Counted from the first letter of the stretch, positions 1-13,660 are shown. The stretch: DNA of 64,000 nucleotides from Eledone cirrhosa (GCA_964016885.1 OZ024747.1:59086001-59150000); one strand, 5' to 3'. Program-made: numbers and translations. The notes: generated by a model not told the origin, from the sequence alone.

Positions 1-1965
1 ACTGTTGCTGTTGTGTTATTGTCCTGCTCCTACTACTGCTGCTGTGCTGTTGTCCTACTACTGTTGCTGTTGTGTTATTGTCCTACTCCTACTACTGCTG
101 CTGTGCTGTTGTCCTACTACTGTTGCTGTTGTGTTATTGTCCTGCTCCTACTTCTGCTGCTGTTCCTGTGCTGTTGTCCTACTACTGTTGCTGCTGTACT
201 ATTGTCCTGCTCCTACTTCTGCTGCTGTGCTGTTGTCCTACTACTGTTGCTGTTGTGTTATTGTCCTGCTCCTACTACTCCTGATGTTCCTGTGCTGTTG
301 TCCTACTACTGTTGCTGTTGTGCTATTGTCCTGCTCCTACTTCTGCTGCTGTTCCTGTGCTGTTGTCCTACTACTGTTGCTGCTGTGTTATTGTCCTGCT
401 CCTACTACTGCTGCTGTTCCTGTGCTGTTGTCCTACTACTGTTGCTGTTGTGCTATTGTCCTGCTCCTACTTCTGCTGCTGTTCCTGTGCTGTTGTCCTA
501 CTACTGTTGCTGTTGTGTTATTGTCCTGCTCCTACTACTGCTGCTGTTCCTGTGCTGTTGTCCTACTACTGTTGCTGTTGTGCTATTGTCCTGCTCCTAC
601 TTCTGCTGCTGTTCCTGTGCTGTTGTCCTACTACTGTTGCTGCTGTGCTATTGTCCTGCTCCTACTACTGCTGCTGTTCCTGTGCTGTTGTCCTACTACT
701 GTTGCTGTTGTGCTATTGTCCTGCTCCTACTTCTGCTGCTGTTCCTGTGCTGTTGTCCTACTACTGTTGCTGTTGTGTTATTGTCCTGCTCCTACTACTG
801 CTGCTGTGCTGTTGTCCTACTACTGTTGCTGTTGTGTTATTGTCCTGCTCCTACTACTGCTGCTGTTCCTGTGCTGTTGTCCTACTACTGTTGCTGTTGT
901 GCTATTGTCCTGCTCCTACTTCTGCTGATGTTCCTGTGCTGTTGTCCTACTACTGTTGCTGTTGTGCTATTGTCCTGCTCCTACTTCTGCTGCTGTTCCT
1001 GTGCTGTTGTCCTACTACTGTTGCTGTTGTGCTATTGTCCTGCTCCTACTTCTGCTGCTGTTCCTGTGCTGTTGTCCTACTACTGTTGCTGTTGTGTTAT
1101 TGTCCTGCTCCTACTACTGCTGCTGTGCTGTTGTCCTACTACTGTTGCTGTTGTGTTATTGTCCTGCTCCTACTACTGCTGCTGTTCCTGTGCTGTTGTC
1201 CTACTACTGTTGCTGTTGTGTTATTGTCCTGCTCCTACTACTGTTGCTGTTTCTGTGCTGTTGTCCTACTACTGTTGCTGTTGTGTTATTGTCCTGCTCC
1301 TACTTCTGCTGCTGTTCCTGTGCTGTTGTCCTACTACTGTTGCTGTTGTGTTATTGTCCTGCTCCTACTACTGCTGCTGTTCCTGTGCTGTTGTCCTACT
1401 ACTGTTGCTGTTGTGCTATTGTCCTGCTCCTACTTCTGCTGCTGTTCCTGTGCTGTTGTCCTACTACTGTTGCTGCTGTGCTATTGTCCTGCTCCTACTA
1501 CTGCTGCTGTTCCTGTGCTGTTGTCCTACTACTGTTGCTGTTGTGCTATTGTCCTGCTCCTACTTCTGCTGCTGTTCCTGTGCTGTTGTCCTACTACTGT
1601 TGCTGTTGTGTTATTGTCCTGCTCCTACTACTGCTGCTGTGCTGTTGTCCTACTACTGTTGCTGTTGTGTTATTGTCCTGCTCCTACTACTGCTGCTGTT
1701 CCTGTGCTGTTGTCCTACTACTGTTGCTGTTGTGTTATTGTCCTGCTCCTACTACTGCTGCTGTTCCTGTGCTGTTGTCCTACTACTGTTGCTGTTGTGT
1801 TATTGTCCTGCTCCTACTTCTGCTGCTGTTCCTGTGCTGTTGTCCTACTACTGCTGCTGTTCCTGTGCTGTTGTCCTACTACTGTTGCTGCTGTTGCTGC
1901 TGTGCTATTGTCCTGCTCCTACTACTGCTGATGTTGCTGCTGCTATGCTGTTGTCCTACAACTGC

Positions 1966-1996
<31 letters not shown>

Positions 1997-2030
1997 ATGC
2001 TGTTGTCCTACAACTGCTGCTGCTGTTGTT
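1..2030. repeat. Minisatellite of mixed 59-bp and 65-bp units decaying into (CTG)n
   Basis: Unit ctactactgttgctgttgtgttattgtcctgctcctactactgctgctg(ttcctg)tgctgttgtc recurs at 59 or 65 bp spacing; it explains the Cys/Leu ORFs in all three + frames. Confidence 0.95.
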
Positions 2031-2039
2031 ATTCTTCGT

Positions 2040-2240
2040 TTTCTCAACTCAGTCGACTAGAGCAACGTGAAATTAAGTGTCTGGTTCAAAGACCCAACGG
2101 GATAATCTCTCCAATGATAACGTTCCGGAGAGACACGTGATACAAAGGTTCACTGTGATGCGAGCCCTCACATCACATCACAGTTTCAATGAACACAAAA
2201 CCACGTAATTACGCTTTCTTCTTCTTAACCACACTGTCAT
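2040..2240 (-). mobile_element. Degraded tRNA-derived SINE (central-domain type), fragment
   Basis: gactagagcaacgtgaaattaagtgtctggttcaaagacccaacg resembles the copies at 4700-4872, 7040-7250 and 42185-42315. Confidence 0.5.
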
Positions 2241-2249
2241 GCTTATGCC

Positions 2250-3595
2250 AATGACGGTGGTGGTGATGCTGGTGATGGTGATGGCGATGATGAAGGTGAT
2301 GGTGATGAGGGTGTTAATGGTGATGATGAAGGTGATGGTGATGATGATGTTAATGATGGCGATTGTGGTGGTGATGATGGTGATGGCGGTGATGATGGTG
2401 ATGGTGGTGGTAGTGGTAATGGTGGTGATGGTGATGGCGGTAATGATGGTGATGAGGGTGTTAATGGTGATGATGGAGGTGATGGTGATGATGATGTTAA
2501 TGATGGCGATTGTGGTGGTGATGATGGTGATGGTGGTGATGGTAGTGGTAGTGGTAATGATGGTGATGGGGATGGCGGTAATGATGTGATGATGGTTGTG
2601 ATGGTGGTGGTAGTGGGAATGATGGTGATGGTGGTGATGGTGGTGGTAGAGGTGATGATGGTGGTGGTAGTGGTAATGGTGGTGATGGTGATGGCGGTAA
2701 TGATGGTGATGAGGGTGTTAATGGTGATGATGGAGGTGATGGTGATGATGATGGTAATGATGGCGATTGTGGTGGTGATGATGATGATGCTGATAGTAGG
2801 AATGGTAGTTATAGTGGTAGGAGGTTAGTGGTGATGATGTAGGTGATGGTTGTGGTAATGATGGTGATAGTGGAGTGGACGTGATGGAGATGGTGGTGAT
2901 GGTGGTGATGGTGGTTACGGTGGTAACGGTGGTAATTGTGGTGATGGTAGTTATAGTGGTGATAGTGGTGGTGATAGTGATGATGATGATGGTGATAATG
3001 GCGGTGATGGTAGTGATGGTAGTAATGGTGGTGATGCTGGTGATGGTACTAATAGTTGGTGATGGTAGTGATGGTGGTGATGGTGGTAATGGTGGTGATG
3101 GCGGTAATGATGGTGATGGTGGTGGTAATGGCGGTGATGGTGATGGCGGTAATGATGTGATGGTGGTGATGGGGATGGCGGTAATGATGGTGATGGTGGT
3201 GATGGTGGTGGTAGTGGTAATGATGGTGATGGGGATGGTGGTAATGATGTGATGGTGGTGATGGGGATGGCGGTAATGATGGTGATGGTGGTGATGGTGG
3301 TGGTAGTGGTAATGATGGTGATGGGGATGGTGGTAATGATGTGATGATGGTGGTGATGGTGGTGGTAGTGGTAATGATGGTGATGGGGATGGTGGTGGTA
3401 GTGGTAATGGTGGTGATGGTGATGGTGCTAATGATGTGATGATGGTGGTGATGGTGGTGGTAGTGGTAATGATGGTGATGGTGGTTACGATGGTGGTAGT
3501 GGTAATGGTGGTGATGGTGATGGCGGTAATGATGGTGATGGTGGTTACGGTGGTGATGGTGGTGATAGTGGTATGATGATGGTGATGGTGGGAAT
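2250..3595. repeat. (GGT/GAT)n low-complexity trinucleotide array with internal higher-order duplications
   Basis: Direct reading; blocks such as gatggtgatgagggtgttaatggtgatgatg recur at about 2298, 2446 and 2702. Confidence 0.95.
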
Positions 3596-3868
3596 GCTAG
3601 TATTGTTTCCCATTCTTACTTAATCCACAACTCCTTAAAATCTCTTTTACAATCATCGTCCACAAATCCTTTTCCCAATATCTTCATTATAATTTCCATT
3701 TCAAAGACAGGATTAGTTGCTCTTTCATCTCATCTTGAACTATAAAGAAGATATCGAATCTGCTGCGTCTCTGATCATATTCCAATCGATATTGGTTATA
3801 TGTGATTGTACTGAGAGACATTAAGCAAAATAATAAACTCATGATACAATGGATTCCCCCCCCCCCCC

Positions 3869-3917
<49 letters not shown>

Positions 3918-3984
3918 CTCTCCATTCCGCGATTTCCGTTTAAAGTCAACTCCACGTACACAGCTACTAGCCTTTAGAAAAGCA

Positions 3985-4445
3985 GATGCTGGTGGTGATG
4001 GTGATGCTGGTGGTGATGGTGGTGGTGGTGGTGATGGTGGTGGTGGTGGTGGTGGTGGTAGTTGTGGTGGTAGTACGCATTGTGGTGGTGGTTGTGGTGG
4101 TGATGGTGGTGGAGGTGGTTGTGGTGGTGGTTGTGGTGGTAGTACGCATTGTGGTGCTGGTGGTTATGGTGGTGGTGGTGGTGGTGGTGGTTGTGGTGGT
4201 GGTACGCATTGTGGCGCTGGTGGTTATGGGGGTGATGGTGGTGGTGGTGGTGGTTGTGGTTGTGGTTGTGGTTGTGGTGGTGATGGTGGTGGGGGTGATA
4301 ATGGTTGTGATGGCGGCGGTGCTGATGATGACGGTGGTGTTGATTGTGGTTATGGTGGTGATGGTGATGGTTGTGATGGTGATGATGATGGTGGTGGTGG
4401 TGCTGATGATGGTTCTGATGGTGGTGATGGTGATGATGATGGTGG
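3985..4445. repeat. (GGT)n-rich low-complexity repeat
   Basis: Direct reading; gtacgcattgtgg recurs three times. Confidence 0.9.
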
Positions 4446-4699
4446 AATATTTGAATATATATTTGCCTCAGTATACATGTATGTATACACCTGTACGTGG
4501 ATACTGGAAAGTATATACTTGACCACCTGATGGTACGTACTTACATCTAAATTGACGAGAGTCACTGAAAGTGTATTTAATTTATTACATGAGTTACATT
4601 TACTGCTTTACGTCCATTTTACTATATTTATTCCGGTTGGGTAAATACCAGGTCTTACCTCAGTCTCGTGGACTTCAAGTGATTGTGAGTGCAAGACGG

Positions 4700-4872
4700 G
4701 TCCACGGATCGTCACATGCCTAACCTTAGCTGCCACTCGTTCATTTTTTTTAACTGAATGGAGTAACAAGAAATGAAATACCTTTCTCGAGGGCACAATG
4801 TGTCACCCGGTCTTGGAATCAAACGTATAACTTTAGGGACATGAACCCAACACCCTAACCGCTAGGCCATGT
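4700..4872 (-). mobile_element. Degraded tRNA-derived SINE
   Basis: Reverse complement begins with an A-box-like tggcctagcggttagggtg, then a B-box-like segment and a tgtgccctcgagaaaggtatttcatttc central-domain-like block. Confidence 0.55.
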
Positions 4873-7039
4873 ACCTTTTTTTTTTTTTTTTTTTTTTTCA
4901 TAAGATAAAGATGAGAATTTGAAGCTGTCCCTAGTCCTTGATCCTTTGTCAGTCTAGCGAGGCCAACATAGTAGCTTCTCAGTAATTAAGGTGAAGGTGG
5001 TAACGGTTGTGATGGTGTTGGTAGTGGTGATGCTGATGGAAGTGATAGTGATGTGTTAAAACATCTACAAAGATTATACTCATTTTACAACAGATGAATC
5101 GTGATTTTGACCTAGATGGGTGACATTATCCTAAATATAAAGATCATTAAATTCTATATTAAAATATCTGTCTTAGATCAGCATAGTTATTTTAGAACGT
5201 GTCTAAATATATCTTCTTAAATATAATTTATTACATAATTTGCTGTGGTATTATATAATAAATAGTTTTACTCCAACACACTGTTGCCAAATGTCCAACA
5301 GCAGACGAATTAATTGTTGATTTTGTGACAGATAAGCTGAGAAATGGCAGAAGGATTACGTAGAGTGAACAACGAAATGTCTTGTCGTCTATATTGTGGC
5401 TCCTTGGTTCTGAATATAACTCCTGCCGTCGCCTACTTGGGTGGGAGGTAGATTTAATCACTTGCCTTATTTAACAAACTATCTGGTCCTTATAAGCAAA
5501 GTACTTATAGTTTGGTAACAGTGGCCATACTATATCAGACTAGGTCTCCGCTTTATACCATCTTCCTTCCCATCTACCAATTTCGGTGAGCAGCCATAAA
5601 AATGGTCATAGCCACTTAACTTCCTCTCTGATTAAACGTTAAGCAGTGGGGTATGTAATATGGTTGCTAAACATGTGTTATTTCGGCTGCACTAAATTAA
5701 ATTCCTAAGCGATGGAATGTCATTTGGAATAATGATATAGAGCTTGTGATTAAGATTCTTATCAGTCTCACCCTGTTGGATCACTCCATTATAAACCCCG
5801 AATATAGACCATTCCATCACAACACCCAAAGATAGACATTTCTATTACAATTCTCAAAGTCACGACATAGTATCTGAGATGGTGCTTTTTGTTACAAAAT
5901 GACATCCGAAACTAGCCAACATGGAGGATGTTACACAGATCTAAGCTTCAATAAACTATACAATCTAAATCACAAATTCACTGTTTCTTCTTTCTGTCTC
6001 TTCTAGCAATAAATACTATAAGTAGTATCAATTCCTCGGGAACTAACACGGTCTAATTTAACCAAATACAGCAGCATCTCTTCACACCACTTCTTCTTTC
6101 CTCACAAAACACAGTCAAACCGTTTTTAGACTGCACCTTCTGGAAATCGTCCCTACCCACCTTTCTCCTCTAGACTCTAGCATACATAAGTGTTTATTAA
6201 GTACCACATCAAATTCACCCGTTTCACTAGAGGTTATTGACGTCGCTTGTTAAAATGATATTTTAAAATAGCCTCTGATATGATTTTCTATTTTCTAAGC
6301 TAATTTCACATAAATAGTTTATTACTGTTGTTCAAGGCCATCAATTTGTTTGAGAGGAGTTTGTTTATTGGACAGCTCCCGTAAATAATTGATGGGACAC
6401 CGGGGAGAATGTTAGTTCAAATGTAAAACAAATTGTAACAACTAAAGACTTTAAGACTTACTTTGCTCTTTAGTTAAAATCGAAGCCAAATTGTAACAAC
6501 TAAAGACTTTAAGACTAACTTTGTTCTTTAAAAAATCCACTGTGAATTGTTACATCTTATCGAGAAGTAATTGAATATCTAATGAAGTAGATATCACTGA
6601 TTGATCTTTGCGACAATAATTTAGTTATATTATTCCTGAAGTGTAGTTGGAGCATGTTGTCAAACTGAGGGCCTAAAGTTGCTTGAGTTTTTAGCAGGGT
6701 TTCTTTGTTGTATCTATTATTACGTTTGAAATATAGAATGATAAACGTATTCAACCTATAATGTTTTAGTTACTGATGTTATCGAAACTCGCATCAATGG
6801 TATAGTTCGGCATTTCATTGTTTGTTTGTCTGTTGTTGTTGGGGTTTTTGTGGGGACTTGTTTTGTCCACCCACTCACCCACAAAAATACTGGCCTTGTG
6901 CCTATATCAGAAACCGTAAATTACGTCTTTTCTATTTTCTTTCTTTCTTTTTTATTTTACACGTTTGCGCGCGTTGAGCGAATGCTGGATTTTATCCCAG
7001 TTTCTCCGATTTCATGAAGTGTTATGTAACTAAAAATTA

Positions 7040-7250
7040 GAAGTATTTCCCCTGGACTGGACGCCAGTCTGTCACGGGGGTACGCTTCAGCTCCAGCAGC
7101 TGTTGGTACTCGTTTTCCAGCTACGTGGACTGAAGCAACGTAATATAAAGTACCTTACTCACAGGCACAACGCATTAACCCGGTCTGGGTATCAAACCCA
7201 CGCACTTATGATCGTAAGCCTTAACTACCCCCAAAACAAGCCATTTCACG
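7040..7250 (-). mobile_element. Degraded tRNA-derived SINE
   Basis: gtggactgaagcaacgtaatataaagtaccttactcacaggcacaacgc matches the family at 2040 and 42185. Confidence 0.55.
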
Positions 7251-7752
7251 GTAGCTGTCTTAGAAATAATACACACACACAATTGTTATATTCCGTGTTC
7301 ATTGAAAGAAAACTAGAAAAAAATACATATATATATGTATATATACTCAAGTTAAAGCAGCAGTGCCACTCCCGTTTCTGTCCAATTGCCGGTCTTATCA
7401 TTCCACAAATATTTCCATTTATATTGAACAGAACAGATTCATCAAATTTTTCGAATCATTCGCAGAAAATTCCAAACGAAGGAGGATGTTATTTGTTAAC
7501 ACTTTAATTTCGAGAAAGTTCTTTTGGCTGATGTTAATAAAAATACATTTAAAAAGATTTTTAAAAATATATAAAGGAATAATAAAATAAATAAATACAG
7601 ACTGCAGAGAAAATATTCAAGAACTTGGAATGGAAACATTTCGTCACTTACCTAATTATCACGTCTATCTACTATGTTATTTTCTATCTATTAGATTTTT
7701 TTTTGTGTGTTTGTGTTAGGGTTTCAAGTATTTTCTTCTTTTTATGTATAAC

Positions 7753-7824
<72 letters not shown>

Positions 7825-7848
7825 ATATATACGTTTATATATACACAC

Positions 7849-7911
<63 letters not shown>

Positions 7912-8214
7912 TTATATAATAATATATATATACTTATGTAGAAGAGATATTTACTGAATACTTATATATATATATATATTGAGAGAGAGAGAAGTATATA
8001 AGTATATATACATATAAGTATACATGTGTGTATATATATGTTTTATATATATATATAAATATATATATATTTAATTTTAGGGAATGGAAAATTTCAATTG
8101 ATTTCAGCTAGATCGATACAAAATGTAATTTGGGTTTCAAAAAAAAAAAAAAAATAATAATCGTATTGTAGTTTTATTTATATAATTTTCCGGGAATTTT
8201 CTTTTGAAATCACA

Positions 8215-8355
8215 ATCATCATCATCATCATCGTCATCATGTTTTTCATCACCATCGTCTTCAACGTCGTCTTCCGTACCATTATCATTATCATCACTAA
8301 AGTCGTCCGGGTTGTCGTCATCATTAGCGTCATCACCACCATCACCATCATTATC

Positions 8356-8395
<40 letters not shown>

Positions 8396-8490
8396 CCACC
8401 ATCATTATTACCATGATCATCATCATCAGCATCATCCTTATCATGATCATAATATTCAGCAGCATCATCTTCACCACCACCACTGTCCTC

Positions 8491-8531
<41 letters not shown>

Positions 8532-8692
8532 TTTCAGCATCATCATCACCACCACCACCACTGTCCTCTTTATCATCATCATCATCATCATCATTATCAT
8601 AATCATCATTTTCAACATCATCACCATCAGCACCACCACTGTCATCATCATCATCATAATAATCATCACCATCGCCGTCATTATCTTCATCA
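8215..8692. repeat. (CAT)n-rich trinucleotide repeat
   Basis: Direct reading. Confidence 0.95.
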
Positions 8693-8929
8693 TACAACCC
8701 TCAATTATTGATAATGTGTGTGCAATTGTATGATGTGTATACATACATATGGGTATATATATACATATGTGTATAGAATTTCACATAGTCTATATATAAA
8801 TATAGGTATATGTGTCATTATGTATGTAATAGATGCCACCAAAACTTATGTACAAAAGCATGTATATATACGCATACGTTAATATGCATGCATATATATA
8901 TATATATAGGCCGGTTCGCCTTTTTTCTC

Positions 8930-9298
8930 TCTCTCTCGTCTACGATTTCACAGAACTTATGTTTACCGAATTCACGGACTAGACCCCTTCTTCCTCCCGT
9001 TAGACCTGTACGGAATTCCTTCCTTGCTCACATTCCAACCAGGTTTGATGGTCTTTATTCTCTCTCGTTCACGATTTCACTGAACTTATATTCATGGAAA
9101 TTTGGGACTTGACTCGTTCTTCCTCACTTTTCGTTGCTTCACCATCTTTGTTTGTTTACACTCTCGCTGTTCCCTTTATTTACGTATCCCAACGACTTTC
9201 TTTAGCTGTTGCTCGCACCAACCGGAGGTATATGGTCTTCAAAGCGAAGAAATACCGATGATGGTTGGAAGATCACTGATGAAGGACCACTTTATTCA
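8930..9298 (+). mobile_element. Interspersed repeat, probably PLE-derived (family F8), in (TA)n
   Basis: Colinear along its length with the reverse complement of 29825-30222; ends in caCTGATGAaggac, a half hammerhead core. Confidence 0.6.
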
Positions 9299-9333
9299 TA
9301 TATATATATATATAGAGATGAGAGAGAGAGAGA

Positions 9334-9372
<39 letters not shown>

Positions 9373-9773
9373 TCGCATTTCGGCGGGTAGAAGTGGAGAA
9401 ACGAAATGCAAAAATCAGAATTATGCTGGCAAGCGCTCCATAGTTAAAAAACCAGAGCTAAACAATATGTTAAGACGCCATACAAAACTGAAATAGTGGT
9501 CAAGAAAGCATCAGCCACCTAAGCCAAAAAGCAGATCAAGCTAAACAGGTCAAAACAAAATAAATGATAAAAAATACATGATATAAAATATATATATATA
9601 TATATAAACAAGCAAATTATAAACGTAAACATGTAAGTATGTTTTTGAAACGGTGCGCGAGTTTGAAATTAGAAATTAGAAGCTTTCACCGTATTTTAGA
9701 CTAAAGAAATTTCTAGCCTGATAGTGGGGTTTATAACCCTCGGAGAAATGGATAAAGATGAGTGTCGCCGTAC

Positions 9774-9824
<51 letters not shown>

Positions 9825-10034
9825 TGCATGTACAGATATGTATGTGTATGTCATCATGTCCATTATGACACACAAACACACGTGTGTATGTGTATGTGGA
9901 TGTGTATGTACCTATATATGTGTATATATTGGTAAACGAGGTAGAATGTAGGAGGTGTATGGATTAGGTTTGCCTGAGTTCGTGGATGACTTTGGTGTGT
10001 TCAGAGATGTATTGACGGTCTTAGTTACACACAC

Positions 10035-10075
<41 letters not shown>

Positions 10076-10139
10076 GGGTCGAGTTAGAAGCGCGTTATTC
10101 TGAAGTTTAGCCGGTGTGTTCACAAGGTCATCAGACACA

Positions 10140-10339
10140 NNNNNNNNNNNNNNNNNNNNNNNNNNNNNNNNNNNNNNNNNNNNNNNNNNNNNNNNNNNNN
10201 NNNNNNNNNNNNNNNNNNNNNNNNNNNNNNNNNNNNNNNNNNNNNNNNNNNNNNNNNNNNNNNNNNNNNNNNNNNNNNNNNNNNNNNNNNNNNNNNNNNN
10301 NNNNNNNNNNNNNNNNNNNNNNNNNNNNNNNNNNNNNNN
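10140..10339. other. Assembly gap (200 N)
   Basis: Run of N. Confidence 1.
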
Positions 10340-10593
10340 GCAATGGCACATAATTGCGTAGAACATATTTAATAGAAGGTCAATAGAAAGATAACCAAGT
10401 CTCTTATTTCTTTCTTTTGAGTCTGACACAGAAGCAAAGATGTTTTGTTAGAATATCAGTTTACATACCAACATCATCAGCATCATCATCATCATCATCA
10501 TCATCAGTAGTAGTAGTAGTAGGAGTAGTAGTAGCCAGCAGCAGCAGCAATATTAGTAGTAGTAGTAGTAGTAGCAGAAGCAGCAGTAATATG

Positions 10594-10780
10594 ATAATTG
10601 TTTCTACTTTTGGCACAAGGTCAGCAATCACCCAGTGTATTACTGGTACTTTATTTTATCGACCCGTAAGGATGAAAGGCAAAGTCAACGTCGCGGGATT
10701 TGAACACAGACCGTAAAGGGACGTAACTATGCTGGAAAGCATGGCGTCCGACCCTCTACCGATACTGCCAATCCACCGCC
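10594..10780 (-). mobile_element. Deu/Nin-domain SINE, near full length
   Basis: Minus strand: ggcagtatcggtagagggtcggac head, gttcaaatcccg B-box, gcctttcatccttacgggtcgataaaataaagtaccag Deu/Nin-like core, ccttgtgccaaaagtagaaacaattat tail. Confidence 0.8.
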
Positions 10781-10861
10781 AAGCAGTAATATGATAATGA
10801 TGACGATGATGGTGATGATGATGATGATGATGAGGAGGAGGATTGCAGCTTTCTAAGATAA

Positions 10862-11048
10862 GTGGTTTGATTGGCAGTATCGGTGTTGTATCAGACAAAA
10901 AAACTTTGCTGCGGTATTAAATTACATTTTAATTTCTGAGTTCAAATCCCACTGAGGTCAACTTTACTTTTCATCTTTCCGGAAACGATAAATTCGACCT
11001 TCACCTTACTCCAAATTGCTGACCTTGTAACGATGTTTGAAAGAAATG
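10862..11048 (+). mobile_element. Deu/Nin-domain SINE, diverged
   Basis: ttggcagtatcggt...gagttcaaatcccactgaggtcaactttacttttcatc...aattgctgaccttg. Confidence 0.7.
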
Positions 11049-11056
11049 TTGTACAC

Positions 11057-11175
11057 TACCTTTGGCACAAGGCCAGCAATTTGAAGTAGGGTGGGGTGAT
11101 TAAATCGACACCAATGCATTACTGGTACTTCATATTATCGACCCCGTAAGCATGTAACACAAACCAAGCCTCAGC
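11057..11175 (-). mobile_element. Deu/Nin-domain SINE, 3' half
   Basis: ggcacaaggccagcaattt...tactggtacttcatattatcgaccccgtaag. Confidence 0.7.
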
Positions 11176-11318
11176 TATATATGTATGTATAGATAGATAT
11201 ATGTATAAATGTATTACTCTTTTACTCTGTTACCTGTTCCAGCCATGCTGGAACAATGTAAATATGTATGTATGTTTGTATGTATGAATGTATGTATATA
11301 TAGATGTATATATGTATG

Positions 11319-11915
11319 TCAGGTCACCACTACTGGTAACACGTATCCCAGTACAACCTGACTCATGGTCGGGTCGTTGGCGACTAAACTGGCAACCCCA
11401 CCAAGGTTTCTTGGTGAGGAGGGTGACTTTGGACATCCTGCAGGACTAAAATCAAAACCTGTCAAAAGCAAAGGAGCTCTTAAGAGTCAATGGCCATCCA
11501 AAATCATCGGGAGAGATGTCCCCTTAGCCTTTGTCAAGGCAGAATTCTAGGAGAAGGAAAACTCTGATATAACACTTGCAACCCTGATGGTATCCAATGA
11601 TGTTGACTTGTTCTTCTTTTGGTAAATATCATCTTGGTTAAGAGAGTGGGACTAGCTTTGTGCAGTGCCTTTGCTCACTATAAAAGCTTCACGGCACAGG
11701 CATTGCTTTATATCTGGAGATCTCTCTGCACTTGTCGTCACATGGTACCATGGGCCCAGCACTATGTGTCAATAATTGTCACATGTGTAGTGTTTGTACC
11801 GGGGTTTTCAAGTCGCTGGCCGGACTGAAAAGTCACACTCGTTCAGCGCATCGGTAGGGTCCTCCTACATGGATATAAAGTAGTGGCCGTACTCGAAAAC
11901 GAGTTGGCAGCCACC
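11319..11915 (+). mobile_element. Non-autonomous, internally deleted RTE-clade element (5' UTR-like part joined to 3' end)
   Basis: 11777-11857 translates CHMCSVCTGVFKSLAGLKSHTRSAHR*, an RTE-type C-terminal C2H2-like motif. The 5' part has RTE-UTR-like ggcgactaaactggcaacccc and taggagaaggaaaactctga. (TATG)n lies on both sides. Confidence 0.6.
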
Positions 11916-12504
11916 ATATATGTATGTATGTATGTATATATATCATTTATGTTTGTATCTATGCATGAATGTATTTATGTATAGACGTATGTATAAATGT
12001 ATATAAATATGTATGCATGTACGTATGTATGTATATATATATATATACGTATGTATGCATGTATGTATGTATGTATGTATGTATGTATGTATGTATGTAT
12101 GTATGTATGTATACATATGGCGGCGCCGGTGGTGGTGGTGGTGGTGGTGATGGGGTGTTAATGAGATTGATTGTAAACGTGAAGTTGTCGTTTGCGGCGG
12201 TGATATCGAAGGGCACGGTAGTCGGCATGGCGGCGGCAGTGGCGACATTGATATCATTATAAAGGAGAGGGTGTAATGGTGGCGATCATAAAGGTGATGA
12301 TGATAAGGTGGCGGCGGCGGCGGCGGCGAGGTGAGCTAGGGGTTGAGACTGGTGATCATGTTGACTGTGGTAGATTGATTCTGAGGCAATCGTTTGGTAA
12401 AGTCATGTCATTTAATATAACTGATAGGATTTCGAGTAAAGAAACCAGGTCAGGCGCAGCGTGTTGTACTGGATGGGGAGGAGAGGAGGAGAGGATATAA
12501 GTGA

Positions 12505-12730
12505 TTTTTTTTTTTTTTTTTAAGGGTCTTTATTGTAATATGTGTAAGTTACAGGAGGTCTGTGGTTGTCCGTGGGGGTATGAGGTGACCTGTGAGGGTG
12601 TGGTAGGGTGTGGCAAGGTTCCGGTATGGTTGGTGAGTCGATTTAGAAAACATTCTGCTTATAAGGTTGTTGTACTTTGAAGATGTTTAACTGTGTGAAA
12701 TATTATACGCTTGATGAACAGAAATAGTAC
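12505..12730 (-). mobile_element. Polyadenylated 3' end of a LINE-like retrocopy (possibly Jockey-like)
   Basis: Minus strand ends ...ttacAATAAAgaccctt followed by A17; upstream AECFLNRLTNH weakly resembles Jockey ORF2 ends. Confidence 0.4.
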
Positions 12731-12835
12731 CAACATCCGCCCCAGTCCTACTACACTACATCGACAAAAACGCAATTAAAATAATAGCATACTCAGACTA
12801 ACAAAGACACACTACTACAATAAACAAAAGAGCTA

Positions 12836-12927
<92 letters not shown>

Positions 12928-13010
12928 CTCTCTCACGTACTTGGGCATATACATATGTACATTTGCATTTGGAACTAGATACACCAACATATATACATTT
13001 ACACACACAT

Positions 13011-13075
<65 letters not shown>

Positions 13076-13085
13076 ATATATATAT

Positions 13086-13320
13086 AGGAAAATGTTTAAC
13101 CCCGACGGCAGAGCTCAAGCCGTTTCGACGGCTATTTCTGGACTAAATTAGAATATTTACCACGCTAAAAATTATAATTTAGTCCAGAAATAGCCGTCGA
13201 ATCGGCTTAAGCTCTTCCGTCGGGGTTAAACATTTTCTTAATACCCACTCTACTACCCTAAGTATTGAGTACTCTGGTGCGTTGTTGTCCACCTGGTTCC
13301 TTACCACACCTCCTTCGTTA
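13086..13320 (+). mobile_element. PLE-derived hairpin-plus-tail insertion (family F1)
   Basis: 13086-13150 is an inverted copy of 13175-13238; unpaired tail 13239-13320; (TA)n on both sides; homologues at 17897, 18735, 20344, 21858 and 30580. Confidence 0.75.
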
Positions 13321-13393
13321 TATATATATATATATATATATGCATGAGTGTGTATGTGCGTCTCTCTCTCTCTCTCTCTCCCTCTCTGTATAC

Positions 13394-13436
<43 letters not shown>

Positions 13437-13554
13437 TGTGAGAGTCTATGTATGTTTACCATCTGAGCAAGTGCTACAGTGTGTGCGTGTTAGTAAAGAT
13501 TTGTAAGTGCACATATTTTCACACAAGTGCATCTCTACAATCACAGAAGTGTAT

Positions 13555-13660
13555 ATGTACACATATGCCCACATATATATACACATATATGCCCACATAT
13601 ATACACACACATATGCCCACATATATACGCACACATATGCCCACATATATACGCACATGT
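13555..13660. repeat. 24-bp minisatellite, about 4 copies
   Basis: acatatgcccacatatata recurs every 24 bp. Confidence 0.85.

Noticed and set aside
5-2140. Long Cys/Leu-rich ORFs up to 685 aa
   Set aside because: Open in all three frames because the 59/65-bp minisatellite lacks stops; unit lengths are not multiples of three.
5480-6230. Possible decayed LINE endonuclease region
   Set aside because: No convincing motif recovered by eye.
6429-6532. Direct duplication of about 44 bp at 59-bp offset
   Set aside because: Ordinary local tandem duplication with nothing further to support.
10594-10780. tRNA genes in SINE heads
   Set aside because: A/B-box-like motifs only; no cloverleaf, and they are fused to SINE bodies.
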